A DNA stretch of 64,000 bases. Origin: an uncultured bacterium. Lineage in GTDB: Bacteria > Abyssobacteria > SURF-5 > CBDUXP01. The position numbers and the translations under genes are program-made. This document shows positions 28,041-37,597 of this stretch, piece by piece. The notes under the pieces were generated by a model. That model made no database searches, had not been told where the DNA came from, and was given only the letters and a program-made list of their open reading frames with translations. Position 1 is the first letter of the stretch. Each line of letters opens with the position of its first letter. Location of the stretch: positions 28,392 through 92,391 of the forward strand of contig CBDUXP010000007.1 in the NCBI GenBank assembly GCA_965371225.1, given 5' to 3'.

Positions 28041-31000
28041 ATGGGTCTGGCCGACTTCTCCGTCCGGCGCGCCGTCGCGGCCTCCATGATGGTCCTGATC
28101 GTGCTCGTCCTGGGCGCGGTGTCGTACTTCCTGATTCCGGTCGACATCATGCCGGACATGACGTTTCCGGTGATCATGGTGCAGATCGACTACGAGGGGG
28201 TGGGGCCGGAGGAGATCGAAAACTCGATCACCAAAATGGCGGAGGAGGCGTTGAGCCGCGTCGACGGAGTCAAGATGCTGCGCAGCGTCTCGACGCGCGG
28301 GTTCGTGCAACTCGTCATCGAATTCGATTGGGGGCGCAATCTGGACTCGGCGGTGATAGACGTTCGCGAGAAGCTCGACCAGATTCCGGATTTCATGTGG
28401 CCGGACGACGCCGACCGGCCCCGCATCCAGAAGTTCGACCCGTCGGATATCCCCCTCATGGGCATCACCGTGTACGGCGGCGGCAATGACGTGCACCAAC
28501 TCCAAGTGATCGCGGAAGATTATTGCGAGGACGTCATCGTCGGGGTGGAAGGCGTCGCCGCCGTCAGCATCTTCGGCGGGCCGCCCCGCCAGGTGTTGGT
28601 CTCCGTGGATCAGGACCGTCTTGCCGCCCACAACTTCGCCATCCAGACCGTGCTCGAAAAGCTCGCCAGCGAGAATTACAACCTCTCGGCCGGCAGCATG
28701 AAGGAAGGGCACAAGGACTATCTGGTCCGGGCGCTCGGGGAATTCACGTCCATCCGCGAAATTGAAGCGGTGATTCTCGGCATGGCTGGTGGGGCGCCCA
28801 TCCGATTGGCTGACGTCGCCACCGTCATTGAGACCTACGCGGACGACGTGGTCATTGCGCGGAACGACGGCGAGCCCAGCGTCATGTTGATGCTCACGAA
28901 ACAGTCCGGCGCGAATACCGTTGCGGTGAGCGCCCGGGTCTGGGAGAAAATCGCCGAGATTCAGGAGCAGCTCCCGCCCGGGATCGAAATCATAAAAACG
29001 TTCGACACCGCGGATTTCATCAACGAAGCGATTCGTAACGTCCTGGGCAACCTGCTGTGGGGCGGGATGCTGGCCGTGGGCGTTCTCCTGATCTTCCTCC
29101 GGCACCTGCGCCCCACCCTCATCATCGCCATCGCGATCCCCATCTCCCTGCTGACGGCGCTGGTCCCCATGTATTTCCTGGGCACCACGATCAACATGAT
29201 GTCGCTCGGCGGGCTCGCGCTGGCCACGGGCATGCTGGTGGACAACGCCATCGTCGTGCTCGAGAACATCTACCGGCGACAGGAGGATGAGGGGGAGCAC
29301 CGGATGGATGCGGCGCGGCGCGGCGCCCGCGAGGTGACCGGTGCGATCACCGGCTCCACCCTCACCACTATCGTCGTGTTCCTCCCCATCGCGTTCACGC
29401 AAGGATTCGCCGCGCGCCTGTTTCGCGACCTCGCCCTCACCGTGACGTTTGCGCTGGCCGCGTCGCTGTTTACCGCGGTCACGCTCGTGCCCATGCTCGC
29501 CTCCCGCCTGCTGGGTAGCACCACGCGCAGCCGGAGCAGCCGGGGGGTATGGATGCGGCAGCTGACCATCGCGTATCGGGGCTTGGCGCGCGCGGTGGTC
29601 GCGAATCGGTGGAGGGTCTTCGTGGTCGGCAACCTCCTCTGGGTCTTCAGCTTCTTCCTGTTCGGTGCGCTGGAGCGGGAGTTCTTGCCCACCCCGAACG
29701 ACGTCACGATCATGGTGACGGCTGAATTGCCTCGCGGCGTACGCCTGGAAGAAACCGATCGGATCGCCCGGCTGATCGAGGACATCCTGGCCGACTTTCC
29801 GGAGATCGTTTCCGCACGCGCCATGGTCGGGGTCGACACCCAGCGTGACGGCCCGGACCCCAAAAAAGCCTCATTCATCCTGACCCTCAGCCACCAATCG
29901 GACCGCGAGCGTACGGTGGCAGAAATCGTGGACGATATTCGGCAGCGCGTGAGCGCCATCCCCGGGATCGAACGGTTCAACTTCGTCAACCTCCAGAGCC
30001 AGAGCATGGGCGGGGGCGGCGGGAAACCCATCGAGTTGAAAATTTTCGGCAAGGACCTGGAGACCCTGGTCGCGCTCTCCTACGCCACCCTCGAGCGACT
30101 GAAAGAGACGGACGGCGTCCTCGATCCCGAAATTCAATTGACCTACGGGGATCCCGAAGTACAGGTGCGCTTCGACCGGGAGCGCGCCGCCCAACTGGGG
30201 ATGCCGATCCGGTTCACCGCCGACCTCATGGAAGCCGCGATTAAGGGGAAAGCGGCGAGCCGGTACCGCTCCCACGGCGAGGAGTACGACATCGTGGTGC
30301 GGTTGGACGAGGTTGACCGGAACAGCGTGGCGGACATCGGGGCCCTCCACTTCATCACCCCCACGGGCGCCCGCACCCAGCTCAGCGATCTTGCGGACGT
30401 CCGCTATGGCGCGGGACCGACGCGCGTGTACCGGGAAAATCAGAAGCGGGCCGCCACCATCGTCTGCAACAAGGCAGTGGGCTATGGGGATGCGAGCGTC
30501 GTCGCGAACATTCAAGTGGCCCTTGCGGACCTGCCCTTACCGCCGGGGTACTACATCGAGTACGGGGGGTCGTACGAGCGCATGCAGGAGACGCTGCGCG
30601 ATCTGGGCTTCGCCGCGGCGCTGGCGGTGCTGCTGGTGTACATGATCATGGCGGCGCTGTTTGAATCGCTCGTCCTGCCCCTGGCGATCATGCTGTCCGT
30701 GCCCTTCGCCTTCGTGGGCTCGCTCTGGGCGCTGCTAATCACCGGCACCACCCTCTCCGCCGTGTCCGGCATCGGCACGATCCTGCTCGCGGGCATTGTC
30801 GTGAACAACGGCATTGTGCTCGTGGACTATGCCAATCAGTGCCGGCTCCGTGGCGTGTCCCCCGAGGCAGCGATCATCAAGGCCTGCGTGACGCGCCTGC
30901 GGCCGATCCTGATGACCAACTGCACGACGATTCTCGCGCTGTTGCCCATGGCGCTGATCGGCGGGGCCGGCGTGGAAATGCGCCGGCCACTGGCCATCAG

Positions 31001-31181
31001 CATCATTGGGGGCCTCACCTTCGGCGTGGTGCTCACGCTGGTGCTCTTGCCCTCCGCGTATCTCCTCCTGTCGACGCTGGGAGACCGGGTGAGCCGCGCG
31101 ACCCTACGCGTGCTGCATGGGGAGGAGGACGCCGCTCTCCCGGCAGCAGGGGCCGACCGGGGGCCCACTGAGCCGTTCTAG
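28041..31181 (+). CDS. Efflux RND transporter permease subunit (AcrB/CzcA family)
   Basis: 1046 aa with a 12-TM, two-large-loop architecture and conserved AcrB-family segments (FFLRHLRPTLIIAIAIPISLL, GLALATGMLVDNAIVVLENI). Confidence 0.9.
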   Translation: MGLADFSVRRAVAASMMVLIVLVLGAVSYFLIPVDIMPDMTFPVIMVQIDYEGVGPEEIENSITKMAEEALSRVDGVKMLRSVSTRGFVQLVIEFDWGRNLDSAVIDVREKLDQIPDFMWPDDADRPRIQKFDPSDIPLMGITVYGGGNDVHQLQVIAEDYCEDVIVGVEGVAAVSIFGGPPRQVLVSVDQDRLAAHNFAIQTVLEKLASENYNLSAGSMKEGHKDYLVRALGEFTSIREIEAVILGMAGGAPIRLADVATVIETYADDVVIARNDGEPSVMLMLTKQSGANTVAVSARVWEKIAEIQEQLPPGIEIIKTFDTADFINEAIRNVLGNLLWGGMLAVGVLLIFLRHLRPTLIIAIAIPISLLTALVPMYFLGTTINMMSLGGLALATGMLVDNAIVVLENIYRRQEDEGEHRMDAARRGAREVTGAITGSTLTTIVVFLPIAFTQGFAARLFRDLALTVTFALAASLFTAVTLVPMLASRLLGSTTRSRSSRGVWMRQLTIAYRGLARAVVANRWRVFVVGNLLWVFSFFLFGALEREFLPTPNDVTIMVTAELPRGVRLEETDRIARLIEDILADFPEIVSARAMVGVDTQRDGPDPKKASFILTLSHQSDRERTVAEIVDDIRQRVSAIPGIERFNFVNLQSQSMGGGGGKPIELKIFGKDLETLVALSYATLERLKETDGVLDPEIQLTYGDPEVQVRFDRERAAQLGMPIRFTADLMEAAIKGKAASRYRSHGEEYDIVVRLDEVDRNSVADIGALHFITPTGARTQLSDLADVRYGAGPTRVYRENQKRAATIVCNKAVGYGDASVVANIQVALADLPLPPGYYIEYGGSYERMQETLRDLGFAAALAVLLVYMIMAALFESLVLPLAIMLSVPFAFVGSLWALLITGTTLSAVSGIGTILLAGIVVNNGIVLVDYANQCRLRGVSPEAAIIKACVTRLRPILMTNCTTILALLPMALIGGAGVEMRRPLAISIIGGLTFGVVLTLVLLPSAYLLLSTLGDRVSRATLRVLHGEEDAALPAAGADRGPTEPF

Positions 31182-31636
31182 GAGTAATCGGGGGTCGTGG
31201 TATTGCGGCGCTGGTGGTCGTAACCGACCCAGCGCGACTCGCCGGCCACCAGGTGCTCCTTCTTCCACAGCGGCGTATGCAACTTGATCTCGTCCATGAT
31301 CCACTGGCAGGCGTCGAACGCCGGCTTCCGATGGGCGCTCGCGCAGGCGATGGCCACCAGCGTGTCCCCGACCGCGCGCTCGCCGATGCGGTGCGTGATG
31401 GCCACGTCGGACAGGTCGAATTGCGTGATGGCGCGCTCCGCAACGCTCGTGAGCGACTTCACGGCCATGGACTCATAGCACTCCCACGACATGCCGGAAA
31501 TGGGCTGCCCGTCCGGGGCAAGGCTGCGCACGGTGCCGAGGAACGTCACGATCGCACCGATATCGTCCGCCCGCAACGGAGCCACCAGGGCGTCCAACTG
31601 AAAATCGCCTTCCTGGATGCGAATGTGCGGCACCAT
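31178..31636 (-). CDS. moaE: Molybdopterin synthase catalytic subunit MoaE
   Basis: MoaE family match (GAIVTFLGTVR...WKKEH). The start overlaps the moaD stop. Confidence 0.85.
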   Translation of the reverse strand: MVPHIRIQEGDFQLDALVAPLRADDIGAIVTFLGTVRSLAPDGQPISGMSWECYESMAVKSLTSVAERAITQFDLSDVAITHRIGERAVGDTLVAIACASAHRKPAFDACQWIMDEIKLHTPLWKKEHLVAGESRWVGYDHQRRNTTTPDYS

Positions 31637-31881
31637 CAGCCCCCGCTGACGGGTGGGATCAAGGCGATCGTATCCCCCGCTTTCACTCTGGCGCCCTCGT
31701 GCGCATACTCTTCGTTAAGCGCCACGAGACAGCTGGGCAGCGCCTGGCCGATCGCCGGGTAGTCGGCCGCCAAGTCCTCGAGTATGCGGCTCACCGGCGT
31801 CCCGTCCGGTGCGTCGAGTTCGAGTTCCCCGAACCCCACACGCTCGCGCAAACCGGCAAAACACAGAATCGTCACCGCCAC
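31636..31881 (-). CDS. moaD: Molybdopterin synthase sulfur-carrier subunit MoaD
   Basis: 81-aa ubiquitin-like protein ending in Gly-Gly (IALIPPVSGG). A GTG start is assumed, because the longer upstream extension is not MoaD-like. Confidence 0.7.
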   Translation of the reverse strand: MAVTILCFAGLRERVGFGELELDAPDGTPVSRILEDLAADYPAIGQALPSCLVALNEEYAHEGARVKAGDTIALIPPVSGG

Positions 31882-31933
31882 GCGGGCACTGTAGCATAGC
31901 CATGTACCCCGTACACCGACCACTACGCATCGT

Positions 31934-32311
31934 ATGACCAGAGCCACCGTCCTCCTTATCGACGACAACCTCTTCTTCCTGGACAAGCTGAAGCACCAGG
32001 TGGAAGCTGCGGGCTTTGCGCCCAAGTCGGCCATGTTCTCTGCTGCGGTCGACTCCGCCCTCGACTCTCGCTTGCCCGCCGCCGTCGTGGTCAACCTGGA
32101 AGCGGACCGCATGGACGCGCTCGCCATCATCGCGGACCTCCGCGCGCACCAGGGGCTCGCGAGCACGCCGATCGTGGCGTTTGCGGGCCACGTGAAGCCG
32201 GAATTACTTCAGCAGGGTCAGGAAGCAGGCGCGACGCGCGTCGTCACCAACGGCCAGATCGCATCCGGCTTGGCGCAGATGCTCCAGGAACTGTGCGCCG
32301 AACAGCCCTGA
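31934..32311 (+). CDS. Single-domain response regulator (CheY-like receiver)
   Basis: Receiver motifs are present: VLLIDDN near the N-terminus, an Asp in AAVVVNLEADRMD, and a conserved Lys context. There is no output domain. Confidence 0.7.
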   Translation: MTRATVLLIDDNLFFLDKLKHQVEAAGFAPKSAMFSAAVDSALDSRLPAAVVVNLEADRMDALAIIADLRAHQGLASTPIVAFAGHVKPELLQQGQEAGATRVVTNGQIASGLAQMLQELCAEQP

Positions 32312-32328
32312 CGACCGACGGGGCGGTG

Positions 32329-33465
32329 TTACCCCTCGTCGGCCCGCCCCGCCCCTTGCGCGGCGATGACTTGCTCGGGCGCGCCGTGCGGCTGGAGCGG
32401 CGGCGGCTTGGGCAAGCCAAGGCGCGGGGCCAGGTCGTCCGCCAGCCACGCCCCGAGGACGGCGTATCCGCGCGTATTGGGATGCCGCTGCTCGCTCATG
32501 AGGCGGTCCGGCCCGAGGGAGACGAACAGCGGACGGACATCGCGCACGGGCACCTGGAACGTGGCGCCTGCCTGCTGGAGCTGCGCGACGGTGATGGGCC
32601 GCTGGTTGTACAGGACGAGAATGAGCGACGGTATCCCGCGGTCCCGCAACATGGCGAGCATGCGGGTGTAATTGTCGTACGTCTTGTTCGCGCGTTCGGG
32701 ATCGACCGCATCAGGCGCCGCGGCTTCCCGGGCGCGCAGGACGGCGCGCTTATAGCGGCGGTACGCGGCGCTCCGGGTGAGGCCCCGCTGCATGACCGCG
32801 CGCCAGTCGGACCGGCCGTGCGCGGCCAGAAACACCCGCATCTCCCGGGGATGCATCCAGACATCGTTATGCCCATAGGCCAGGATCACGAAGTCCGGCT
32901 TCAGCGGCAGGATCACCTGCTCGAGCCACAGCACCCCGTGGTCGCTGGAATAGGACGGGACGCCCGCGTTGATCACCTCGACGCGACCCGGGGCCACGCG
33001 GTCGAGCTGCTGTTGCACCACCGCCGGGTAGGTGAATTCGTCCGGCGCGTTCAGCCCGAAGGTGACGCTGTCTCCCAGGCAGGCCAGGCGCACCGCCGGC
33101 CGGGCATCGCGGAGTTCCGGGCCGCGGAATCCCTGGGCGTTCAACCGGACGTGGTAGGTCTGCTCGACCGCCTGCATGGGATTGAGATTGACCAGGTACC
33201 GGTACTCCGTCTCGTAGTGCGGCCGCGGCCGCCAGAGCAGGTCCCGATCGAGCACGAACATACTCTGGGGGCTCGTGCGGTAATGATCCTCTATACCGAT
33301 GACCTCGGCCGCATAGGGGTTGGCGTTGGACTCCACCAGCCAGGCCAGCCCCTCCACCCCCAGCCCGAGGAGCAGCAGAAACACGAGCGTGAAGGCGGCG
33401 CTCTTGAGCGGCCCCGGGCTGGCGGACGTGTGGGGCGGCGCGGGCGCGGGCGCCGAATCGGCCAT
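32329..33465 (-). CDS. SGNH/GDSL-family hydrolase
   Basis: GDSL block LACLGDSVTFG, with later D-x-x-H-type context. There is an N-terminal hydrophobic segment. The start was set at the internal ATG (MADSAPAP...). Confidence 0.65.
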   Translation of the reverse strand: MADSAPAPAPPHTSASPGPLKSAAFTLVFLLLLGLGVEGLAWLVESNANPYAAEVIGIEDHYRTSPQSMFVLDRDLLWRPRPHYETEYRYLVNLNPMQAVEQTYHVRLNAQGFRGPELRDARPAVRLACLGDSVTFGLNAPDEFTYPAVVQQQLDRVAPGRVEVINAGVPSYSSDHGVLWLEQVILPLKPDFVILAYGHNDVWMHPREMRVFLAAHGRSDWRAVMQRGLTRSAAYRRYKRAVLRAREAAAPDAVDPERANKTYDNYTRMLAMLRDRGIPSLILVLYNQRPITVAQLQQAGATFQVPVRDVRPLFVSLGPDRLMSEQRHPNTRGYAVLGAWLADDLAPRLGLPKPPPLQPHGAPEQVIAAQGAGRADEG

Positions 33466-33858
33466 GCGCCGAGTATACCAACCGCGAGTGTCCGGCCCGC
33501 CCGAGGAGACGGCCGGCGTGCGAGGGTAGCGCAACAGGGGGGAGTCTTGACACTCTAGTACGCGCCGGGTAGCCTTGCGCCGAATTGCGTTCCCGCATGC
33601 CACGAGGGGAACCCATCCGACGCGGGGCCGCAGCGGCGCCGTCAGGGAGCGGTGGCCGGTGGCGGCCCCCGGCGCGGACGGGCTGGAGCACTGGACGGGC
33701 GGTTCGCGGCCCGTGTGGTCCCCGACGGCTGGGAAACGGGATTCCCCCGCCGAACGACATCACGCCATGCACGGTAGACCACAGACTGGTGCCGCCCCCG
33801 GTGGGCGGCGTGGTACACCTGCTGCGCGCGCACATAGAGAGCCTGAAAGGACGACGCT

Positions 33859-34623
33859 ATGGACGCCATGAACCTGCTTGAGTCGCTCTTCCGCTGGACG
33901 CACGTCGTGGCCGGCATCCTGTGGATTGGCTTGCTGTTCTTCTTCAATTGGGTCAACAGCGCCTTTGCGCCGACCATGGATGCGGACACGAAGAAGAAGG
34001 TCGTGCCCGAGCTGCTCCCCCGCACGCTCTACTGGTTCCGCTGGGGCGCCGCGTACACCTGGATCACCGGGGTCGTCCTCCTGCTGCTCGTTTTCTACCA
34101 CACGGGGATCGTGCGCGAAAACACCGAGGCAGGCTTGACCACCGGCACCTGGATCTTCTTCGCCCTCACGTTTGCGCTCGTGTTCGCGTACGACGCACTG
34201 GCCAAGGGCCCCATGAAGCCCCTGCCCAACGCGTTCTGGGGCGGCGTGATCGGGACCGCGATTTGGGTGTTTGTCCTGGGCGTGATCGGCGGCTTCAGTT
34301 TCCGGGGCGTGGCCATCCACTTGGGGACCCTGTTCGGGAGCAGCATGGCGTTCAACGTGTGGTTCCGCATCTGGCCGGCGCAGCAGAAGATCATCACCGC
34401 GATCAAGAACGGCGAGGCGCCCGACGCGGACCTGACCGCGCTGGCGGGCCTGCGGTCGAAGCACAACACCTACATGTCCATCCCGCTGGTGTTCGTCATG
34501 CTGAACCAGCACAGCACCTGGGCGGCCAGCCCATCACTACTGTGGTTGCCCGCGGTGGTCGCCGTCGGGTGGCTCGTGTGCACGCAGCTGTACAACAAGG
34601 CCAAGACCGTCCCCGGCTTCTAA
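33859..34623 (+). CDS. Integral membrane protein, DUF989/urate-hydroxylase-PuuD-N-terminal-like
   Basis: Six predicted TM helices. The N-terminal motif FRWTHVVAGILWIGLLFFFNWVN resembles the membrane domain of PuuD-type proteins. This family assignment is recalled from memory and was not searched. Confidence 0.5.
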   Translation: MDAMNLLESLFRWTHVVAGILWIGLLFFFNWVNSAFAPTMDADTKKKVVPELLPRTLYWFRWGAAYTWITGVVLLLLVFYHTGIVRENTEAGLTTGTWIFFALTFALVFAYDALAKGPMKPLPNAFWGGVIGTAIWVFVLGVIGGFSFRGVAIHLGTLFGSSMAFNVWFRIWPAQQKIITAIKNGEAPDADLTALAGLRSKHNTYMSIPLVFVMLNQHSTWAASPSLLWLPAVVAVGWLVCTQLYNKAKTVPGF

Positions 34624-34688
34624 CCCCCGGGGACGGGCAGCGGCCCAAGCGGCCCCAGAGCCTGGGCCGACGTCCCTGGAGGGCCGGG

Positions 34689-35504
34689 ATGCCTGGATAT
34701 CGACGACGCGTGAGGACCGCGGCCGTGCTCGCGGTGTGCGTGCTCGGGTGCGGACAGAAGGAATCGGACCCGGCCGCGCCTTCCCCCGCCCCCGCGGCGG
34801 CGGCGCCGGCCCCGGTAGCCGAGCCCACGCCGGCTCCCATCCCGCCCCCCCCCGGCAGCGGCGTTAAGCTGACCGGCACCGTGACCGGGCCAGTGCCGGC
34901 GGACGAACCGAAGGCGCTTCGCATGGCCGCGGATACCTACTGCAAGAACGCGCACGATGCGCCGGTGTATAGCCAGGCGGCTGCGATCGGCGCCGACGGC
35001 GCCGTGCAGTGGGCGTTCGTGTACGTGAAGGTGGGCCTAGACCATATAGCGTTCCCCACGCCCGAGGCGCCGGTGGTGCTGGACCAGAAGGGCTGCATGT
35101 ACGAGCCCCACGTCTTCGGCGTGCAGACCGGGCAGACTATCGAGATTCACAACAGCGACAAGACGCTGCACAACGTCCACGCGCTGCCCAAGCGCCCGAA
35201 CAAGGCCTTCAACATCGCCCACCCCGCGGTGGCCAGCATAGTGCACAGGCGAAGCTTCAAGTGGCCGGAAGTCGCGGTGCGCATCAAGTGCGACGTGCAC
35301 CCGTGGATGAACGCATACGCCGGAGTCGTGCCCCACCCCTTCTTTGCCGTGACGGACGCGAACGGCCGCTTCGCCATCGCCGACCTGCCGCCGGGCGAGT
35401 ACACCGTCGCGGCGTGGCACGAGCGGCTCGGCGAAGTCGAAGGACCGATCACGATCCCGGGGGATGGCGCGCCCACCCTCGACTTGGCGTTTACCGAGCC
35501 GTAG
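34689..35504 (+). CDS. Cupredoxin (amicyanin/pseudoazurin-like blue copper protein) lipoprotein
   Basis: Lipobox VLGCGQ, a Pro/Ala linker, then the type-1 copper ligand pattern HNVH ... C-D-V-H-P-W-M (Cys-x2-His-x2-Met, as in amicyanin CTPHPFM). Confidence 0.55.
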   Translation: MPGYRRRVRTAAVLAVCVLGCGQKESDPAAPSPAPAAAAPAPVAEPTPAPIPPPPGSGVKLTGTVTGPVPADEPKALRMAADTYCKNAHDAPVYSQAAAIGADGAVQWAFVYVKVGLDHIAFPTPEAPVVLDQKGCMYEPHVFGVQTGQTIEIHNSDKTLHNVHALPKRPNKAFNIAHPAVASIVHRRSFKWPEVAVRIKCDVHPWMNAYAGVVPHPFFAVTDANGRFAIADLPPGEYTVAAWHERLGEVEGPITIPGDGAPTLDLAFTEP

Positions 35505-35513
35505 CGGCCGGCG

Positions 35514-36074
35514 CTACTTGATCAGCGGGAGCGCCTGCTTGAATTCCGGCGTGCCGGCTTTGCCCATGATCTCGTACATGGCGGCCTCGGTACTCGTGAG
35601 CACCACGCCCGCGTCCCGCATCTTCTGCACGCCCTGCGCGTACTCCTCCGGCTTGCGGGATTCCACCGCGTCCGCGAGCACGTGCGCCTTGTAGCCCGCA
35701 TGAAGCGCGTCGAGCGCGGTCTGCGCGACGCAGATGTGCGCCTCGACACCGGTCACAACCACGCTCCCCACGTTCTCCGCCGCGAGCGCCTTCACGAAGG
35801 CGTCATTGCCGAAGCAACTGAATTCCGTCTTCTCGGTGGGCGCCAGGCCGTCCATCTCGGCTTGAATTGTCTCGACCGTCCGGCCGAGGCCGCGGGGATA
35901 CTGCTCCGTCCAGAGGATCGGCAGGCCGTAAATCTTCGCAAACCGGATGAACTTGACGGTATTCGCGGTCACGCGCTCCACCGCGTTCGGATCGAACACG
36001 GCCAGCAGCTTCTCCTGGAAATCGACGACCAACAGCGCAGTATTCTCGGCGGTCAAGATGTGGTCGTGTCGCAT
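35514..36074 (-). CDS. Isochorismatase-family cysteine hydrolase
   Basis: Isochorismatase-like fold signatures (ALLVVDFQ, VVVTGVEAHICV). Confidence 0.8.
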   Translation of the reverse strand: MRHDHILTAENTALLVVDFQEKLLAVFDPNAVERVTANTVKFIRFAKIYGLPILWTEQYPRGLGRTVETIQAEMDGLAPTEKTEFSCFGNDAFVKALAAENVGSVVVTGVEAHICVAQTALDALHAGYKAHVLADAVESRKPEEYAQGVQKMRDAGVVLTSTEAAMYEIMGKAGTPEFKQALPLIK

Positions 36075-37585
36075 CAGGATTCCTCCCCGCCGCCGGGTGG
36101 GGCCGCGGCCGCCGTCCGCCCCGAAGCCCGTGCGCGAAGCAGGACAGGCACCCGCCGTATCGGCACCATCAGCTCCCCATTCAGCGGCTTGACCACCGCC
36201 ATATTGAATTGCCCGATCGTATTCTGCACCATCTCGCCGATTTCCACGGTCTCATCGGTCAGCTTCAGCGAGACCTGCGTCGCCACATCCGCCTCCAGCG
36301 CATTGAGCTTGTATTCGCGCGTCGCGGCGTAATCCCACCACAGGACGTACACGAGCGCGTCGGAACCCCGGCGCGGAAACTGCAGCACCACCACCTCGTT
36401 CTGCCCATCGCTCAGCACGGACGCCGAGTCGTAATCCACCTGACCCAGCAGCCGCACGAGCAATCGGTACGAGGTGTACGCCAGCTTCGGCGCGCCATCG
36501 TGATCCCGCAGCCCGCTGTAAAACGTCCGATTCTTCCACTGGTGCGGACCTTGCTCCGTAATCCCGGCCTCGTAAATGCGGTGCACCCCGTTCGCGAGCA
36601 TGTAGGTATACCGGCGCACGAGATCGGCCCCCTGCGTGAGTTCGCTGGCCTCGCGATCCCGCATGGCATTGCGCGGCGTATAGCGGCTGTACGAACAGCT
36701 CAACGTGCACCAGAGGGGCCGATCCCCCGCCCGCACGCGCATCGCCTTCACCGCCTTGCGTAATTCCTCCGACACCAGCGTGCGCGGCAGATACTCGAAC
36801 GCCACCACGTCCACCTGTGCGCCAGCCGGGCTGGCCAGGATCCCGTCCAGCACGTCTAAGCCCGAGTCCCGCTCGTCCGCCGAACTGATTGCCCCGACCA
36901 CCACCCGGGCCGTGGGCTCCGCCGCGCGGATCGCGTCGGCGGCCGCGCCGAGCACGCGCACGTATTGGTCCACGGTGGCGTAGCGCCCCCCGCTCAGCCC
37001 GACCAAGAGGTCCGGCGTCTCCCCCACCTGCCACGCGCCGATCCGGAAGCGGAGGCCGGGCATGTCGTCGGTCCCATCGCCGTCATACCGCTCGACCACG
37101 GCCCGCACCCACGCGCCATACGCCTCGAGGTCCGCGGGCAGGTACCGGTGCCCTTGCTCGGCATCGACCGCCGGGTCCCGGTGCAGAGCCAACACCGGCA
37201 AGACGTTGATGCCCGCCCGTTGCGCCGCCGTGACCAGCGCATCCGTGCGGGCGAAGGTGATGTCCGTGCCCCGACCCCGGGGATCCATCCGATCCCAGGC
37301 GAAGCCGGCGTACTCCCCCGGCCGGACGCGATAGTGGCGGGCGCCAAGTTCCGTGGCGTGGGCCAGGTCCTTGTCCTCGAGCACCGCCATCACCTCGGAG
37401 GGATTGAGGCGCTGCAACTCGGCCTGCTCCTCGGAATAGTCGAATACCCGGCTCAGACCGAAGGGCGATGCCAATTCGGGATACACCGGCACGGCTTCCG
37501 CCCCACCGCGCACGGGCCCCACCCACAGCAGGCAGCCGACCGTGCAGACTACAACCCGGGTTCCAGCCGCGATGGAGAGTCGCAT
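36074..37585 (-). CDS. Putative secreted glycoside hydrolase (TIM-barrel, GH5/GH39-like)
   Basis: Signal peptide, then a ~400-aa domain with an alternating beta/alpha pattern and candidate catalytic acids. The family assignment is tentative. Confidence 0.45.
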   Translation of the reverse strand: MRLSIAAGTRVVVCTVGCLLWVGPVRGGAEAVPVYPELASPFGLSRVFDYSEEQAELQRLNPSEVMAVLEDKDLAHATELGARHYRVRPGEYAGFAWDRMDPRGRGTDITFARTDALVTAAQRAGINVLPVLALHRDPAVDAEQGHRYLPADLEAYGAWVRAVVERYDGDGTDDMPGLRFRIGAWQVGETPDLLVGLSGGRYATVDQYVRVLGAAADAIRAAEPTARVVVGAISSADERDSGLDVLDGILASPAGAQVDVVAFEYLPRTLVSEELRKAVKAMRVRAGDRPLWCTLSCSYSRYTPRNAMRDREASELTQGADLVRRYTYMLANGVHRIYEAGITEQGPHQWKNRTFYSGLRDHDGAPKLAYTSYRLLVRLLGQVDYDSASVLSDGQNEVVVLQFPRRGSDALVYVLWWDYAATREYKLNALEADVATQVSLKLTDETVEIGEMVQNTIGQFNMAVVKPLNGELMVPIRRVPVLLRARASGRTAAAAPPGGGEES

Positions 37586-37597
37586 AGGTGGCCTAGT

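Noticed and set aside
33580-33858. Possible cobalamin or other known riboswitch in the long leader
   Set aside because: I could not find a B12 box (GCCACTG) or other class-defining motifs by eye. It is kept only as an unclassified structured leader; see the finding.
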